Assembly (NCBI GenBank): GCA_951406725.2 | Contig: OX597836.1 | Coordinates: forward strand, 23,498,001-23,562,000 | From: Octopus vulgaris | Taxonomy: Eukaryota | DNA: 64,000 nucleotides | Direction: 5' to 3' | Shown here: positions 50,016-62,325 of the stretch, in pieces | Layout of the letters: every line of letters starts with the position of its first letter | How positions within the stretch are numbered: position 1 is the first letter of the stretch | The notes under the pieces: generated by a model | The model's database searches: none | What the model was told of the DNA's origin: nothing | What the model saw: only the letters and a program-made list of their open reading frames with translations | Made by a program: the position numbers and the translations under genes

Positions 50016-50939
50016 GAAAACCACTGTGTGGACACCCTTATACTTTTTTTTATATCTTTTATTATTGTTGACACCCTTTTTTGATCGATGTAAACCCCAC
50101 ACTTTGTGTGCTGTACTTTATTCTTTTATATTGTCCTCTTGGGAGGACAATACGAAAAGAAATCATCAACATTGTCATCAACACCCCCACCCATCGTTGT
50201 TATTGTTGTTGTTGTTGTCATTGTTATTATTGTTGTCAATATGATTATTTGAAAACGATGATGATTATGATCAGGTGGGAAGAAGCATAGAGAAGTAGTA
50301 GAGAAAAAAGAGGGAGAAGGTGGCGGCGGTGGTGGTGGTGGTGCTGCTGCTACTGATGATGATGATGATGATGGCAACGTCGATGTTGAGGAGGAGAGTG
50401 ATGAAAGAGACAACGAGAGTGATGTTGACAGTGGCGTCAATGGTGAAGGTTTGTGTTTCTTGACGTCGTCTGTTTAGTCTGGACCAAGGAATATCAATAT
50501 TACGATATGACACAATTCTGCTAGATGAAAAAGGAAAGAGGACAGTTGCGCGCGCAATAGCTGAGAAGAAAGAAAGGAAGAATGAAAGAAACGCTTCCGC
50601 TTTTGTTATATCTAAGGCAGCGTAACTTCCTAACTTTATTTATATTCCACGAAGAACTCGCTTGAAGGTGGAATGGTATAAAACAATAATTGTCTTCCTT
50701 CTCGAAAGCTTTTGTCTCTAACACTTTCTCCCTATCATAACAATAACGGTTCTAACTTGCAGCTTGAGCTAAACAAGAAGAATTGGTTGGAAAGCGTTGA
50801 GTTGTGGTTTGAAAGTTAGACGTCAGTGGGGGAATAAACGAATGTAAGTGTCTGGGGATTGAGAAGATTACAAACGTGGTTTTAGGGAGATTAACCGCCA
50901 ACATCGGATATTGAAATAAGCTGCTCTAATGAGGATATA

Positions 50940-51163
50940 TTTCTTTATTGCCCACAAGGGGCTAAACATAGAGGGGACAAACAAAGACAGACAAAGGGAT
51001 TAAGTCAACTACATCGACCCCAGTGCGTAACTGGTACTTTATTTATCGACCCCGAAAGGATGAAAGGCAAAGTCAACCTTGGCGGAATTTGAACTCAGAA
51101 CGTAGCGACAGACGAAATACGGCCACGCATTTCGCCCGGCGTGCTAACGTTTCTGCCAGCTCG
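50940..51163 (-). mobile_element. SINE family B
   Basis: Near-identical to 33580-33812. Confidence 0.88.
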
Positions 51164-51598
51164 GGAAAAAGAAAGAAAGGAAAAAGAAGAAAGCAAAAGG
51201 AAGTGCAAATTTAGCAACTGGTAATTTTTGGATAACGTAAAATAGAAGGTAGTTACGGTGTGACGGTTGTGTTAGTTGATTGGTTATTAAGGCCGAGAGG
51301 AATGACTAGAGACGAAAGGAAGTAAAGAACATGTTTAAGGATGTGTGTGTGTGTGTGTGTGTGTGTGTGAGTGTAGATTGAAAAGACTATGATTTGTGGA
51401 AGTGAAATAATAGAAGGGTTTTATTGTCAGCATTTCCCCCCAAATCTCTCAAAATCGATGTACTTGCATAGCAAGTGACCTGATTTGAGACCGAGTGCTG
51501 GAATGAAAGCAATTGCAGCGTGGAAGGTGTTTATAAGCCATTTAAGAAACACACAAAAACACACACAAAAAAAGATTCACTTCAACATTTAAATTTAA

Positions 51599-51649
51599 TT
51601 TGTCAAAATATTTTCGTCGCTTTGAGACCGCGACCTGTTCACTGACAAA
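51599..51649 (-). ncRNA. Minimal type I hammerhead ribozyme motif with G3-C8 covariant core
   Basis: Minus strand UUUGUCA-GUGAACA-G-GUCGC(ggucucaaa)GCGAC-GAAA-AUAU-UU-UGACAAA: 7-bp stem I, 5-bp stem II, palindromic minimal stem III. Confidence 0.72.
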
Positions 51650-52522
51650 ACTTCGTGCTGCATCTGAGAAAGTAACAGATCTGGTATACTAGGATTGATC
51701 TGGATTAAAACAACCACAAAACCATTAGAAAAATATAATAACAATAATATAGGGACCACCATTCTATTGGCTTTTTACCTACACAATCCTTGCAGGTGCC
51801 TAAACTCGAACTTAAAGATATAACCAATCTTTGTTCACCAAAGATTACAGAGTCTTGGCTCCAGAAACTATGATTTCACTTCGCAAATTTTAATTTTTAA
51901 CATTCTTGTCACTTGCACGGAACTAACCGTACGAAAGTAGACTGCATTAAAATAACTTTGTCTCGATACACTTCAGTAAACACAGTTTCACTAATAGCTA
52001 CGTCTGTCAACGAGGCCAGGGATCACTTCATGACTAAAATAAAAGTCTAGTTATAATATTTGTTATGTTTTTGTTAGTTTGATTTCGAGGAAGTGACGGC
52101 TTCCATCGATCTACGTCGACAGACTTACCGAGTTTGGTCAGATATCCGCGGTTAATATTGGTTTCAAATTATGAAACAAGGCCAGCAGTTTCGGGGGAGG
52201 GGAAAAGCCAATTACCTCGGCCCCCAGTGTCCGATTGGTGTTTATATTATCGACTCCGAAAGGACGAAAGGCAAAGTCAACCTCGGCAACCTCAGAACAT
52301 AAAGACGGAGGAAATGCCGCTAAGCGTTTCGCCCGGCGCGGTAACGATTCCGCCAGTTCGCCGCCTTAACCCGTGGTTAATATTGGTGTTTGGATAATTA
52401 CGAGTAAACGACTACAGAATAAATATTAACAGGAGAAAATTCCAGAAGGCTGATGTTCTTGAGTAAGAAGAGTTGGGGGAGAGGATTAGTGAGGGAGTTG
52501 TAGGTGTTGAGGGGGAGGGAGG

Positions 52523-52611
52523 GAGTCTCGTTCGTGAATTTCATAATAAAATCACCCGCCTATGAACGTCATAGGCGGGTGATTTTATTATGAAATTCAC
52601 GAACGAGACTC
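52523..52611. repeat. Perfect 43-bp hairpin with 3-nt loop
   Basis: GAGTCTCG...GCCTATGA-acg-TCATAGGC...CGAGACTC. Confidence 0.92.
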
Positions 52612-53659
52612 GGTTAAATGCTTTGCTGATACCAAATGCAACAAGTTCTTGAACTTGATTTTATGAAAGTTATTTTCCAGTTGTAATTAAAAACCGGAAA
52701 CTGATTCAAATTAGAATAATTAGAGCATAGAATAATTAGAACACAGAACAAATTGGTAAGGTGAGAAGGTAAAGCTTGTTGGGGATGAGACAAGGGAGTA
52801 TGTTTCCAATGATCGGGATATATTAGTATAGTACAGGGGATAACTCTTGACCGCAGTTTTGGTAAAGGACAGGACATTGTTAAGACCTGTTCCCCTTGAA
52901 AGTCGGAAAGGAAGATGTAGATTTAGTCGAGAAGCTTTCGACAAGAGACCAAAAGAATCGGCTGTGAGGAGGGATGCTTTGAACAGCACCACCGTTGTGC
53001 TATTGGACGTAATTCTGATATCTTCATGCTATTTCTTTATCAAATCTTAAAGTAGATTTACATCATCCATTTATATCGAATAGTCGAATTACCTTTATTA
53101 AAATGTAATTAAGGTTGCTAAATGTACGACCTGTACGTTTTAGCAGATGAAGTGATTCCGCACTTAATAGGAACGCAAGTCATTAATTAATGCACATAAT
53201 CAGTATGTCCCAATTAATTTTATTAGGAAGTCATGGAATTAATTAATCTCATGAAATTCCAATAATTATATCCATGTTTATCTCAATATCTGCTGAATGC
53301 CGTGACTGTTGTTTATAAAATATCTCTATCGAGATGAACCTCTGGAGGAGCAACAACAGACAAAGGAGAGGAATTGCTCGTTTAAAGATTTAAGGGTCTC
53401 TTTTGTTGGTGACTGAGGTGAACCATCTAAGTGGATGATTCAATCCCAAGAGCACAACAACATTATTTGGTTGCTCGACCGCCTCATATCATAATCAACA
53501 ATCTTTAAAAAAAAAGATACTTTGTATAGTGTAGTGTGACTTACATTGTATCTGAATATAATATGACATGGTCAGGCTGGAATGATTTGATCACAGGTTC
53601 CTTTCATCAGGGATGGCCTAGGGTTAATCAATAGCAACAACAATATCTATGCATATATG

Positions 53660-53813
<154 letters not shown>

Positions 53814-54392
53814 ATACTCTACATACATTTGAAGTAATCTTTATTTTCTTTCTTCTCACCCAATGTACCTTTCCCTGAAAACCTCCCTAAAAATTTTCTC
53901 TTTTATTTATTTACTTTTGCTATGTACTCATTAGTTAATCCATCCCCATTTCAAACTCACTCGACGTCCGGTTTTATATCTCAAAAGTAGATTCCTTTTA
54001 TTTCTGATAGCGTTCATGTATTGTTTGTGCGGTGTCGTATATCTCGAGCTTGTTTCATCACTATGCTTTTCCATCATCGGTTAACCGTTTACTTCTTCCG
54101 AAGAGGAATGCAGTAATTCGTGCAGCACGATGAAAAGAAGTGTTATCTTTAACAAAACAACCTTAAGGTAACCGAGTATTCCAGTGTTTACGTTAAATAT
54201 CTCAGTTGTACTTTGAGGAAATACATCTATGGTCATAGGTGTGTGTACGTGAAGACCAAGCTAGGTATATGCGTATATCTACATACGTATATACGCACAT
54301 AAATACATACATATATACACATACCTACGCACAAATATATTTTATATATAAGAATTATTCAAATATATACAATTATGTGTATGTATGTGTGT

Positions 54393-54446
<54 letters not shown>

Positions 54447-54570
54447 TGTGTTTATGCGTGTATCTGGGCTTACATGTATCTGTGCATGTGTGTGTTAAAT
54501 ATGTTTTAAAATAACCACCAGAGTGAATATGCGACATGTTTAGAAATAAATCTATAATATGAATGTTGTT

Positions 54571-54586
54571 TATGTATGTATGTATG

Positions 54587-54620
<34 letters not shown>

Positions 54621-54658
54621 TGTATGTATGCGTGCATGCATGCATGTATGTATGTATG

Positions 54659-54690
<32 letters not shown>

Positions 54691-54916
54691 CATGCATGCA
54701 TGCATGTATGAATGTATGTATGTATGTATGTATGTATGTATGTATGTATGCATGCATGTATGAATGTATGTATGTATGTATGTATGTATGCATGCATGCA
54801 TGTATGAATGTATGTATGTATGCATGTATGCATGCATGCATGTATGAATGTATGTATGTATGTATGTATGTATGCATGCATGTATGAATGTATGTATGTA
54901 TGTATATGTATGTATG

Positions 54917-54950
<34 letters not shown>

Positions 54951-55019
54951 CGTATGTATGTATGTATGTATGTATGTATGTATGTATATATGTATCTATG
55001 CATGCATGCATGTATGTAT
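54571..55019. repeat. (TATG)/(CATG) compound microsatellite
   Basis: Direct reading; many other (TA)n, (CA)n and (TTA)n tracts occur, e.g. 53655-53800, 57340-57408, 57853-58690, 59365-59496, 60181-60350, 62887-63175. Confidence 0.95.
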
Positions 55020-55561
55020 CTCAAGGTCATTGTGTTTCTGGGTCAATATAAATTATTTGCACATTGATTAAGCACCGTCATTTTCTTTGTGATCTTTAAA
55101 TCAGTCGACAGTTGGTCGCTTGAGAAGCCATTGTACAAGAAAGCTTTCGAACGGCGCTTGAGAACATTACCCCAAAGCTTTGGCTGAGTCTTAACGTAAG
55201 AATTTCTTTTCGTACTCAGCTAGAATATAGACAGTTATCATTGTGTGGAATTACTTCTGCTAAGGATTCTTTGTCGGTTCTCGAAGTCTATTTGTAAAGC
55301 TTTCAACAAAAGTACTCCAGCATTGCACAGAAGGGCGAATTAGAAGATTGAGGTTGACTAAAGATCTTTAGATCCCAATGATATATATAATATATTATGA
55401 TATCAGAGAAAGCTGTCAATTCATATAAATATCAATGACAAGCAGTTATAAAAATAGTATAACAGGTGGTTATACCACTAAAGCAATGACGAAAATTCAC
55501 GATAGAAGAGAAAAACTAACGATTCACCAGCCTGTGTGCACATACTGACTTTAATATATAT

Positions 55562-55712
55562 ATTTCTTTACTGCCCACAAGGGGCTAAACATAGAGCGGA
55601 CAAACAAGGACAGACGAAGGGATTGAGTCGATTACAACGCCCCCAGTGCGAAACCGGTACTTTATTTATCGACTCCGAAAGGGTGAAAGGCAAAGTTGAC
55701 CTCGGCGGAATT
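55562..55712 (-). mobile_element. SINE family B, 5'-truncated
   Basis: Matches the 3' half of family B. Confidence 0.8.
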
Positions 55713-56330
55713 AGACATTCATATATACACAGATATACGTACATCTCTCACACATGCATATATAACGATGTGTATATCATGTGTAATGTATATACAAATG
55801 TAGAACGGCACTAGCTGTAATATCTTATCTCAGAGAAATTTCTCTTAAGTGACTTTGTGTGTTAAAAGCCAGCTCACTCAGAATGACACCAGTGTTTCGG
55901 TTTCCTTAGACTCCTGCCTCCTCAGTTTCGAACATACTATTGTCCATTCATGTGTTGCAACTCTTGAACACTATGGTAACAATTGCTTAACAGAAACTCT
56001 TATAAATCTGGTCTTTTGATGAATTCCCAGATTTGACCATCTTCTCTTCAAGAATGCCTTGATACCAACCATTTTAAAATACCGGATTTATTATTTTCCT
56101 AAATATCAAGTTACCAACATGAACTAAATTTGAGGCTTTCGCTTCTAACAATACCATTAAAAATATTTTAACTATACATAGACGACAGATGGATTATGTG
56201 GCGAGTAAGCATTTACTACATACTAAACTACCGTTCTTTAGCGTTAAATGTCTCTTCTTTGCATTTAATTACAGATTTCTATACGGTTACATTTATTCAT
56301 TTTTCATATAGTAATATTGTTTCACTTCCA

Positions 56331-56730
56331 CGGCGGCAAGCTGGCAGAAACGTTAGAACACCGGGTGAAATGCTTAGCGGTATTTCGTCTGCTGCTACGT
56401 TCTGAGTTCAAATTCTGCCTAGGTCGACTTTGCCTTTCATCCTTTCGGGGTCGATTAAATAAGCACCAGTTACGCACTGGAGTCGATGTAATCGACTTAA
56501 TCCGTTTGTCTGTCCTTGTTTGCCCCCTCTGTGTTTAGCCCCTTGTGGGTAGTAAAGAAATAGGTATTTCATCTGCCGCTACGTTCCGAGTTCAAATGCC
56601 GCCGAGGTCGACTTTGCCTTTCATCCTTTCGGGGTCGATAAATTAAGTACCAGTTGCATACTAGGGTCTATCTAATCGACTGGCCCCTTCCTAAAAAATT
56701 TCGGGCCTTGTGTTTTGAGTAGAAAAGACA
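56331..56730 (+). mobile_element. Nested/tandem SINE family B pair
   Basis: Two B bodies; flanking direct repeat AATATTGTTTCACTTCCA at 56313-56330 and 56733-56750. Confidence 0.85.
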
Positions 56731-57338
56731 AGAATATTGTTTCACTTCCATATTCTCATTTTCACAAGTTATTCCTGTAATTAAAACATTTAAAAAAGAG
56801 GATTATATGCTTTCTTTAGTTCGCTGTACTTGCAGTAAACACACCTTTCTATAATCATAAAGAGAACCCAGTATGGAAAATGTGAGATACAAAATATATT
56901 TTAATGATTTGTTTCAACTATGTTTGAAAGCGAACAGTTCCAAGTAAATATGGCTTAATATGTTGTAATATATTGATCTGTGGGAAGGTACATTTACCAT
57001 AGCAAGCATATTTGATGCTTAAGTCACGAGTCATTCAAGTTTGAAAATCAAATGTTTTCCAAGTAGGATAAGAAAACTATCTTAAGCAATTTGCCTTGGT
57101 GGCAAATAAAAGAAATCATTATTTTTATTATTATTTCAGGTAGCGAGCTGTCAGAATCGTTAGCTTACCACACGGAATGTTTAGCCGCATTTCGTCCGCC
57201 TTTACGCTCCAAGTTCAAATGCCGCCGAGGTCGACTCGGGATCTTTAAAATAAGGACCAGTTGAACACTGAGATCGATGCAATGGAGTAACACCTATCCC
57301 TAAAACTGCTGGCCTTGTGCCGAAATTTGAAACGATTA

Positions 57339-57409
<71 letters not shown>

Positions 57410-57849
57410 TTAAACTCTCACAAACACCAGCGGGTTATGAATATTGAAAAACTTTCTGATAATATTTAAAACAAATACCAATGAAAGAAATTTCGTTCGC
57501 TAATCATGAATTTCGAAATAATAGATTTTCAAAGATATTTTGACAATACTTTTGGCAATCAAATATTACCGAAAACTTTTGTGAGATCTTACATCTGCTT
57601 AAGAAATATTAATGGTAGCCTGTTTGTTATCGTCTGCTTCATAATGGCGCATAGCAGTTGATGTAGAGCATTGCGAATAGCATCTCTCAGTCTTTAGCTT
57701 TCATAAATTACTCCTCGGTCACGATACATTAGGAAATATCTGAAATATGCTCCATCTTAAGTACATCGTGGCAAGGCAGCATTGCTTTCATGTTTTCATT
57801 CTCTTCCATCCCTCACCATTCCACCATCCTGCCTCTCGCTCTTTTTCTG

Positions 57850-57926
<77 letters not shown>

Positions 57927-58009
57927 ACACACAAAAATATCACATAAATACAGACATTCTGTAGTAAAAAGAGACTATATACGTGTGTGTACGTGTGTGT
58001 GTGTGTGTG

Positions 58010-58100
<91 letters not shown>

Positions 58101-58182
58101 TTATATATATACATAAGTACATATATGATTATGTATGTATGCGCCCATCCGTCTCTCTCTCTCTCGCTCTCCCTCTCTCTCC

Positions 58183-58286
<104 letters not shown>

Positions 58287-58299
58287 GAGCTAATCTTAT

Positions 58300-58340
<41 letters not shown>

Positions 58341-58351
58341 TTTATAGAAGG

Positions 58352-58402
58352 AGCTTCTACAGGACTAGAACTGTTTCATTCAAAAGAAATCATCAGGAAG
58401 CT
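58352..58402 (-). ncRNA. Type I hammerhead ribozyme motif (left arm of palindrome)
   Basis: Minus strand AGCUUC-CUGAUGA-UUUCUUUUGAAU-GAAA-CAG(uucuaguc)CUG-UA-GAAGCU. Confidence 0.68.
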
Positions 58403-58448
58403 TCCTGATGATTTCTTTGAATGAAACAGTTCTAATCCTGTAGAAGCT
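58399..58448 (+). ncRNA. Type I hammerhead ribozyme motif (right arm of palindrome)
   Basis: AGCUUC-CUGAUGA-U UUC(uuu)GAA U-GAAA-CAG(uucuaauc)CUG-UA-GAAGCU; GUA cleavage triplet at 58440-58442; stem II is weak. Confidence 0.68.
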
Positions 58449-58530
58449 CCTTCTATAAAATAAATTAATTTACTCTGCTATGTATTGAGTACCTTATTTA
58501 CTGTGGTTAACCCCGACTCAACCCAGGACC

Positions 58531-58607
<77 letters not shown>

Positions 58608-58609
58608 TG

Positions 58610-58685
<76 letters not shown>

Positions 58686-58692
58686 TATATAT

Positions 58693-58992
58693 ACTCTTTT
58701 ACTTGTTTCAGTCCTTTGACTGCGACCATGCTGGAGTACGGCCTTTAGTCGAGGAAATTGACCCCAGAACTTATTCTGTGTAAGCCTAGTATCGGTCTCT
58801 TTTGCCGAACCGCTAAGTTTCGGGGACACGAACACACCAACATCATTTGCCAAGCGATGGTGGGGGCGGGGGAACAAACACAGGTACAAAGATACTCACA
58901 CAGATAAATATATATAAACCAATACATCTGTTTGTTGTTTACACACCCGTGTTCGTCTTTTTTTTTTTTTTTGTAAATTCTCACTACATACA

Positions 58993-59070
<78 letters not shown>

Positions 59071-59362
59071 CACACACGGCGAAAAATCCACTCGCAACCT
59101 TAGTCGGCCAAGGCTATAGACACTCCATGTAGTGGGACTGAACTTGACGACTATATATATATATATATATATATACTACGGTTAAATACTATTATTACAA
59201 ACATATATATATATATATATATATACATACAGTATATATTCACAACGCTTAGGTCGGCCCAAGGCTATAGTAGAAGACACTTGCCCAAAGTGCCACGCAG
59301 TGGGACTGAACCCGGAACCATGTGGTTGGGAAAAAAGCTTCGTACCACGCACCACGCCACGC
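58693..59362 (-). mobile_element. SINE family A, interrupted by microsatellites/other inserts
   Basis: Tail at 58693-58900 and head at 59250-59362 match family A. Confidence 0.75.
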
Positions 59363-59403
59363 CTTATATATATATATATATATAATACCGCCTATATATA
59401 TGT

Positions 59404-59499
<96 letters not shown>

Positions 59500-60180
59500 A
59501 TTATATATACATATACATAAATGCATACACACATACATACATAGAGGCACATACGCACATACATGTATTAGGTGTGAGTGTGTGTGTGTGTGTGTGCACA
59601 TGTAGCCTTGCATTCTTGCTATACGTGCTTGTATGTCCATAGAGCACACGCCCATCTGAATGTGGTATGTCGGCAGAAATTGTTGCGCTTTCAGGCGCCG
59701 CGGGAAAATAAAACTTTATCTCGGCAAACCGCTCCTATTTCATTTCATTGATCCATAAAATACTATTGCAAGAATTGGAACCGAATTATTTCAGTCAGCC
59801 TTAGAAATAACATTCGTATATATTATTATGATAAAATGTCAAAGAATTTGCTACGGAAGGATTGATATTCTATTGCATAAACGATGTGATTAAGTTAAAT
59901 AGTCTTAGTATTGTGGTGGTAAATATTAGAAATAAAAATAAAAAATTAAAAAGAAAAAAAAATCAATACTCGTCACCGCGTCATAAGCTGATGAGGGCGG
60001 TCGGTCGCAGGATGGGTAATTTTTGTCAGCTGAGTGGACTGGAGAAATGTGAAATGAAGTGTTTTGCTCAAGAAAACAAAGTGAAACCCGGTTCAAGAAT
60101 CGAAACCAGAAACTTACGTTCATGAATGCAACACCGTAGCCTCTAAGCCACGCGCCTCTACAAATATTAAATAACACCAC

Positions 60181-60212
<32 letters not shown>

Positions 60213-60256
60213 TGTATGTATGTGTATATATATATACATATATATATACATATATG

Positions 60257-60351
<95 letters not shown>

Positions 60352-61134
60352 GTATATATATCTAAAAAAAATTTTTTCCATAATGAGATAAAAAAACCCA
60401 ACGCTGTGTTGATTTTAGAACATTTTTAAATAGGTCTTACAGGTGTTTCTAGGATATTTATTATATCCCTCCATGGTGTATACTTGTGTCTGTGTGAAAG
60501 TTTGTATGTGTGTGTGCATATATATACATGCATACTCACGTACATATATGATTATCTATGTATGCGCCCGCCCGTCTCTCTCTCTCTCTCCCTTTATATA
60601 TATATAATTATATATGTTATATATATATTAATTATATCCGTCAACAGACTATGATGAGAAACGAAAAAATGTTGAGTAAACTAAGTACTGGACTATCAAG
60701 GATTCGAAAATAGCGAGGAACCTTTTTAAATGAACTTACGTCTGAGAAAGTAATATTGTGTTCTGGACAAGTGACTCTAATTTGCTTAATACCAGAGAAA
60801 CGGATGCAAAGCACAAGTCCCGTGGGATATAACGAAGATTATAAAGAATGTTAAATTGCGGATGATTAGTTGTCAACCAAAGCCAAGCAAGTTGAACATA
60901 TTTTAAAATTGCTTCTGGTCGGTTTCGAATGAAGATACAGCTCGCTGCCAACTCATATTATTATTATTATAACCAGTTATCACATATTTTACGTAACATG
61001 TTTTGCACAGACAAAGAGCTACTGATGGGAGATTTCAATGCTAAGGAAAGAAAAGACTAGAAACTGGCCCGTAGTCATGGGCCAGGATGGTGACTGTAAC
61101 ACAAACATGAGCTTCTGTAGGCTATATGATGTAA

Positions 61135-61362
61135 GGCGAGCTGGCAGAGACGTTAGCAGGCCGGGCGAAATGCTTAAAGGTATTTCGTCTGCCGTTACGT
61201 TCTGAGTTCAAATTCCGCCGAGGTCGACTTTGCCTTTCATCCTTTTGGGGTCGATAAATTAAGTACCAGTTACGCACTGGGGTCGATATAATTGACTTAA
61301 TCCGTTTGTCTGTCCTTGTTTGTCCCCTCTGTGTGTAGCCCCTTGTGAGCATTAAAGAAATA
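61135..61362 (+). mobile_element. SINE family B
   Basis: Full-length match to family B. Confidence 0.88.
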
Positions 61363-62104
61363 TATATGCTGTAAGTTCGAACTGGTACTGACAAATATCG
61401 CGCTGAAAGAGAAAACCGAACGCAGGACAAGTGGCATGCCTCCTCACTCCTAAAACCGACATCTGGTTTGGTCATTACATGGCAAAAGGATAAACTAGAC
61501 ACCCACAGAGATATGCAAGTCGAAACTGCTGCACTTATCATCTACTATGAAGATCTGATTTTGCTTTCAACATACATCAAAAGTACAACGGAAAAAAAGC
61601 CTGGTAAATCTATTAAGCGAGAGACACGCATACAAAAGCTTTCGTATAAACAGTGTCGGACGCTGTTTAGAATCAACCAGTAACATGTACGCTCAGTCAT
61701 TTCTTCTTTACGGAGATTCAAGTCAGCAACTTATTTAGCATCTCATGCTAGAGTAACAGTAACCCCAAAATTGTGCCGGAACAGGTACAAATGTGTTACA
61801 TACGGCTGTAATGACGGACGATGGCTGGAAACAGTTTGGTACTTCTAGTCAGCTTGGTCGGTTTGTTATTTGTCAACACCTGCTTTTTAAAAAGTGCATT
61901 TGTGGCTATTGCCAGAATTTTCATTGTCATCGTGGCTAGTTTTTTAATTTTCACTTACTGCTAAATTATTATTATGTTCTGATTTCAAATTCCACCGAAG
62001 TCAACTTTATCTTTCAGCCTTTCGGGGTCAATAAATTAAGAATCCCTTTTGTTCGACTGGTGTGTCATCTCATTCTGAAGCAAGTGATGATACACTTTGG
62101 CATC

Positions 62105-62325
62105 AAAGGCGCCTGTCAACGGCTTTCATAGCAGATGTAATCGGTTTGTAATTTCCAACTAAAAGACCCTTCATTTTATACTTTATGATCAAAGTTGTCT
62201 TCCCTTCAGTCATCCATCTTGGAACTTCTCCTTCCATTACATAAACATTTAAGTTTATGAACCACTTTTATATCATTGGTATTTTCCTAATTTGTTCTTG
62301 AACGTCTTCCTTTGAAATAAAACCG
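62105..62325 (-). mobile_element. Dong/R4-like RT fragment
   Basis: Minus-strand GEVPRWMTEGKTTLIIKYKMKGLLVGNYKPIT. Confidence 0.65.

Larger units (their letters stand above)
58335..58533. mobile_element. Penelope-like inverted pLTR structure within (TA)n
   Basis: 131-bp loopless palindrome at 58335-58465 plus a unique tail, between long (TA)n tracts. Confidence 0.65.

Noticed and set aside
56900-56960. Minus-strand WNCSL resembling the Wnt RWNC motif
   Set aside because: Bracketed by in-frame stops within a few codons.
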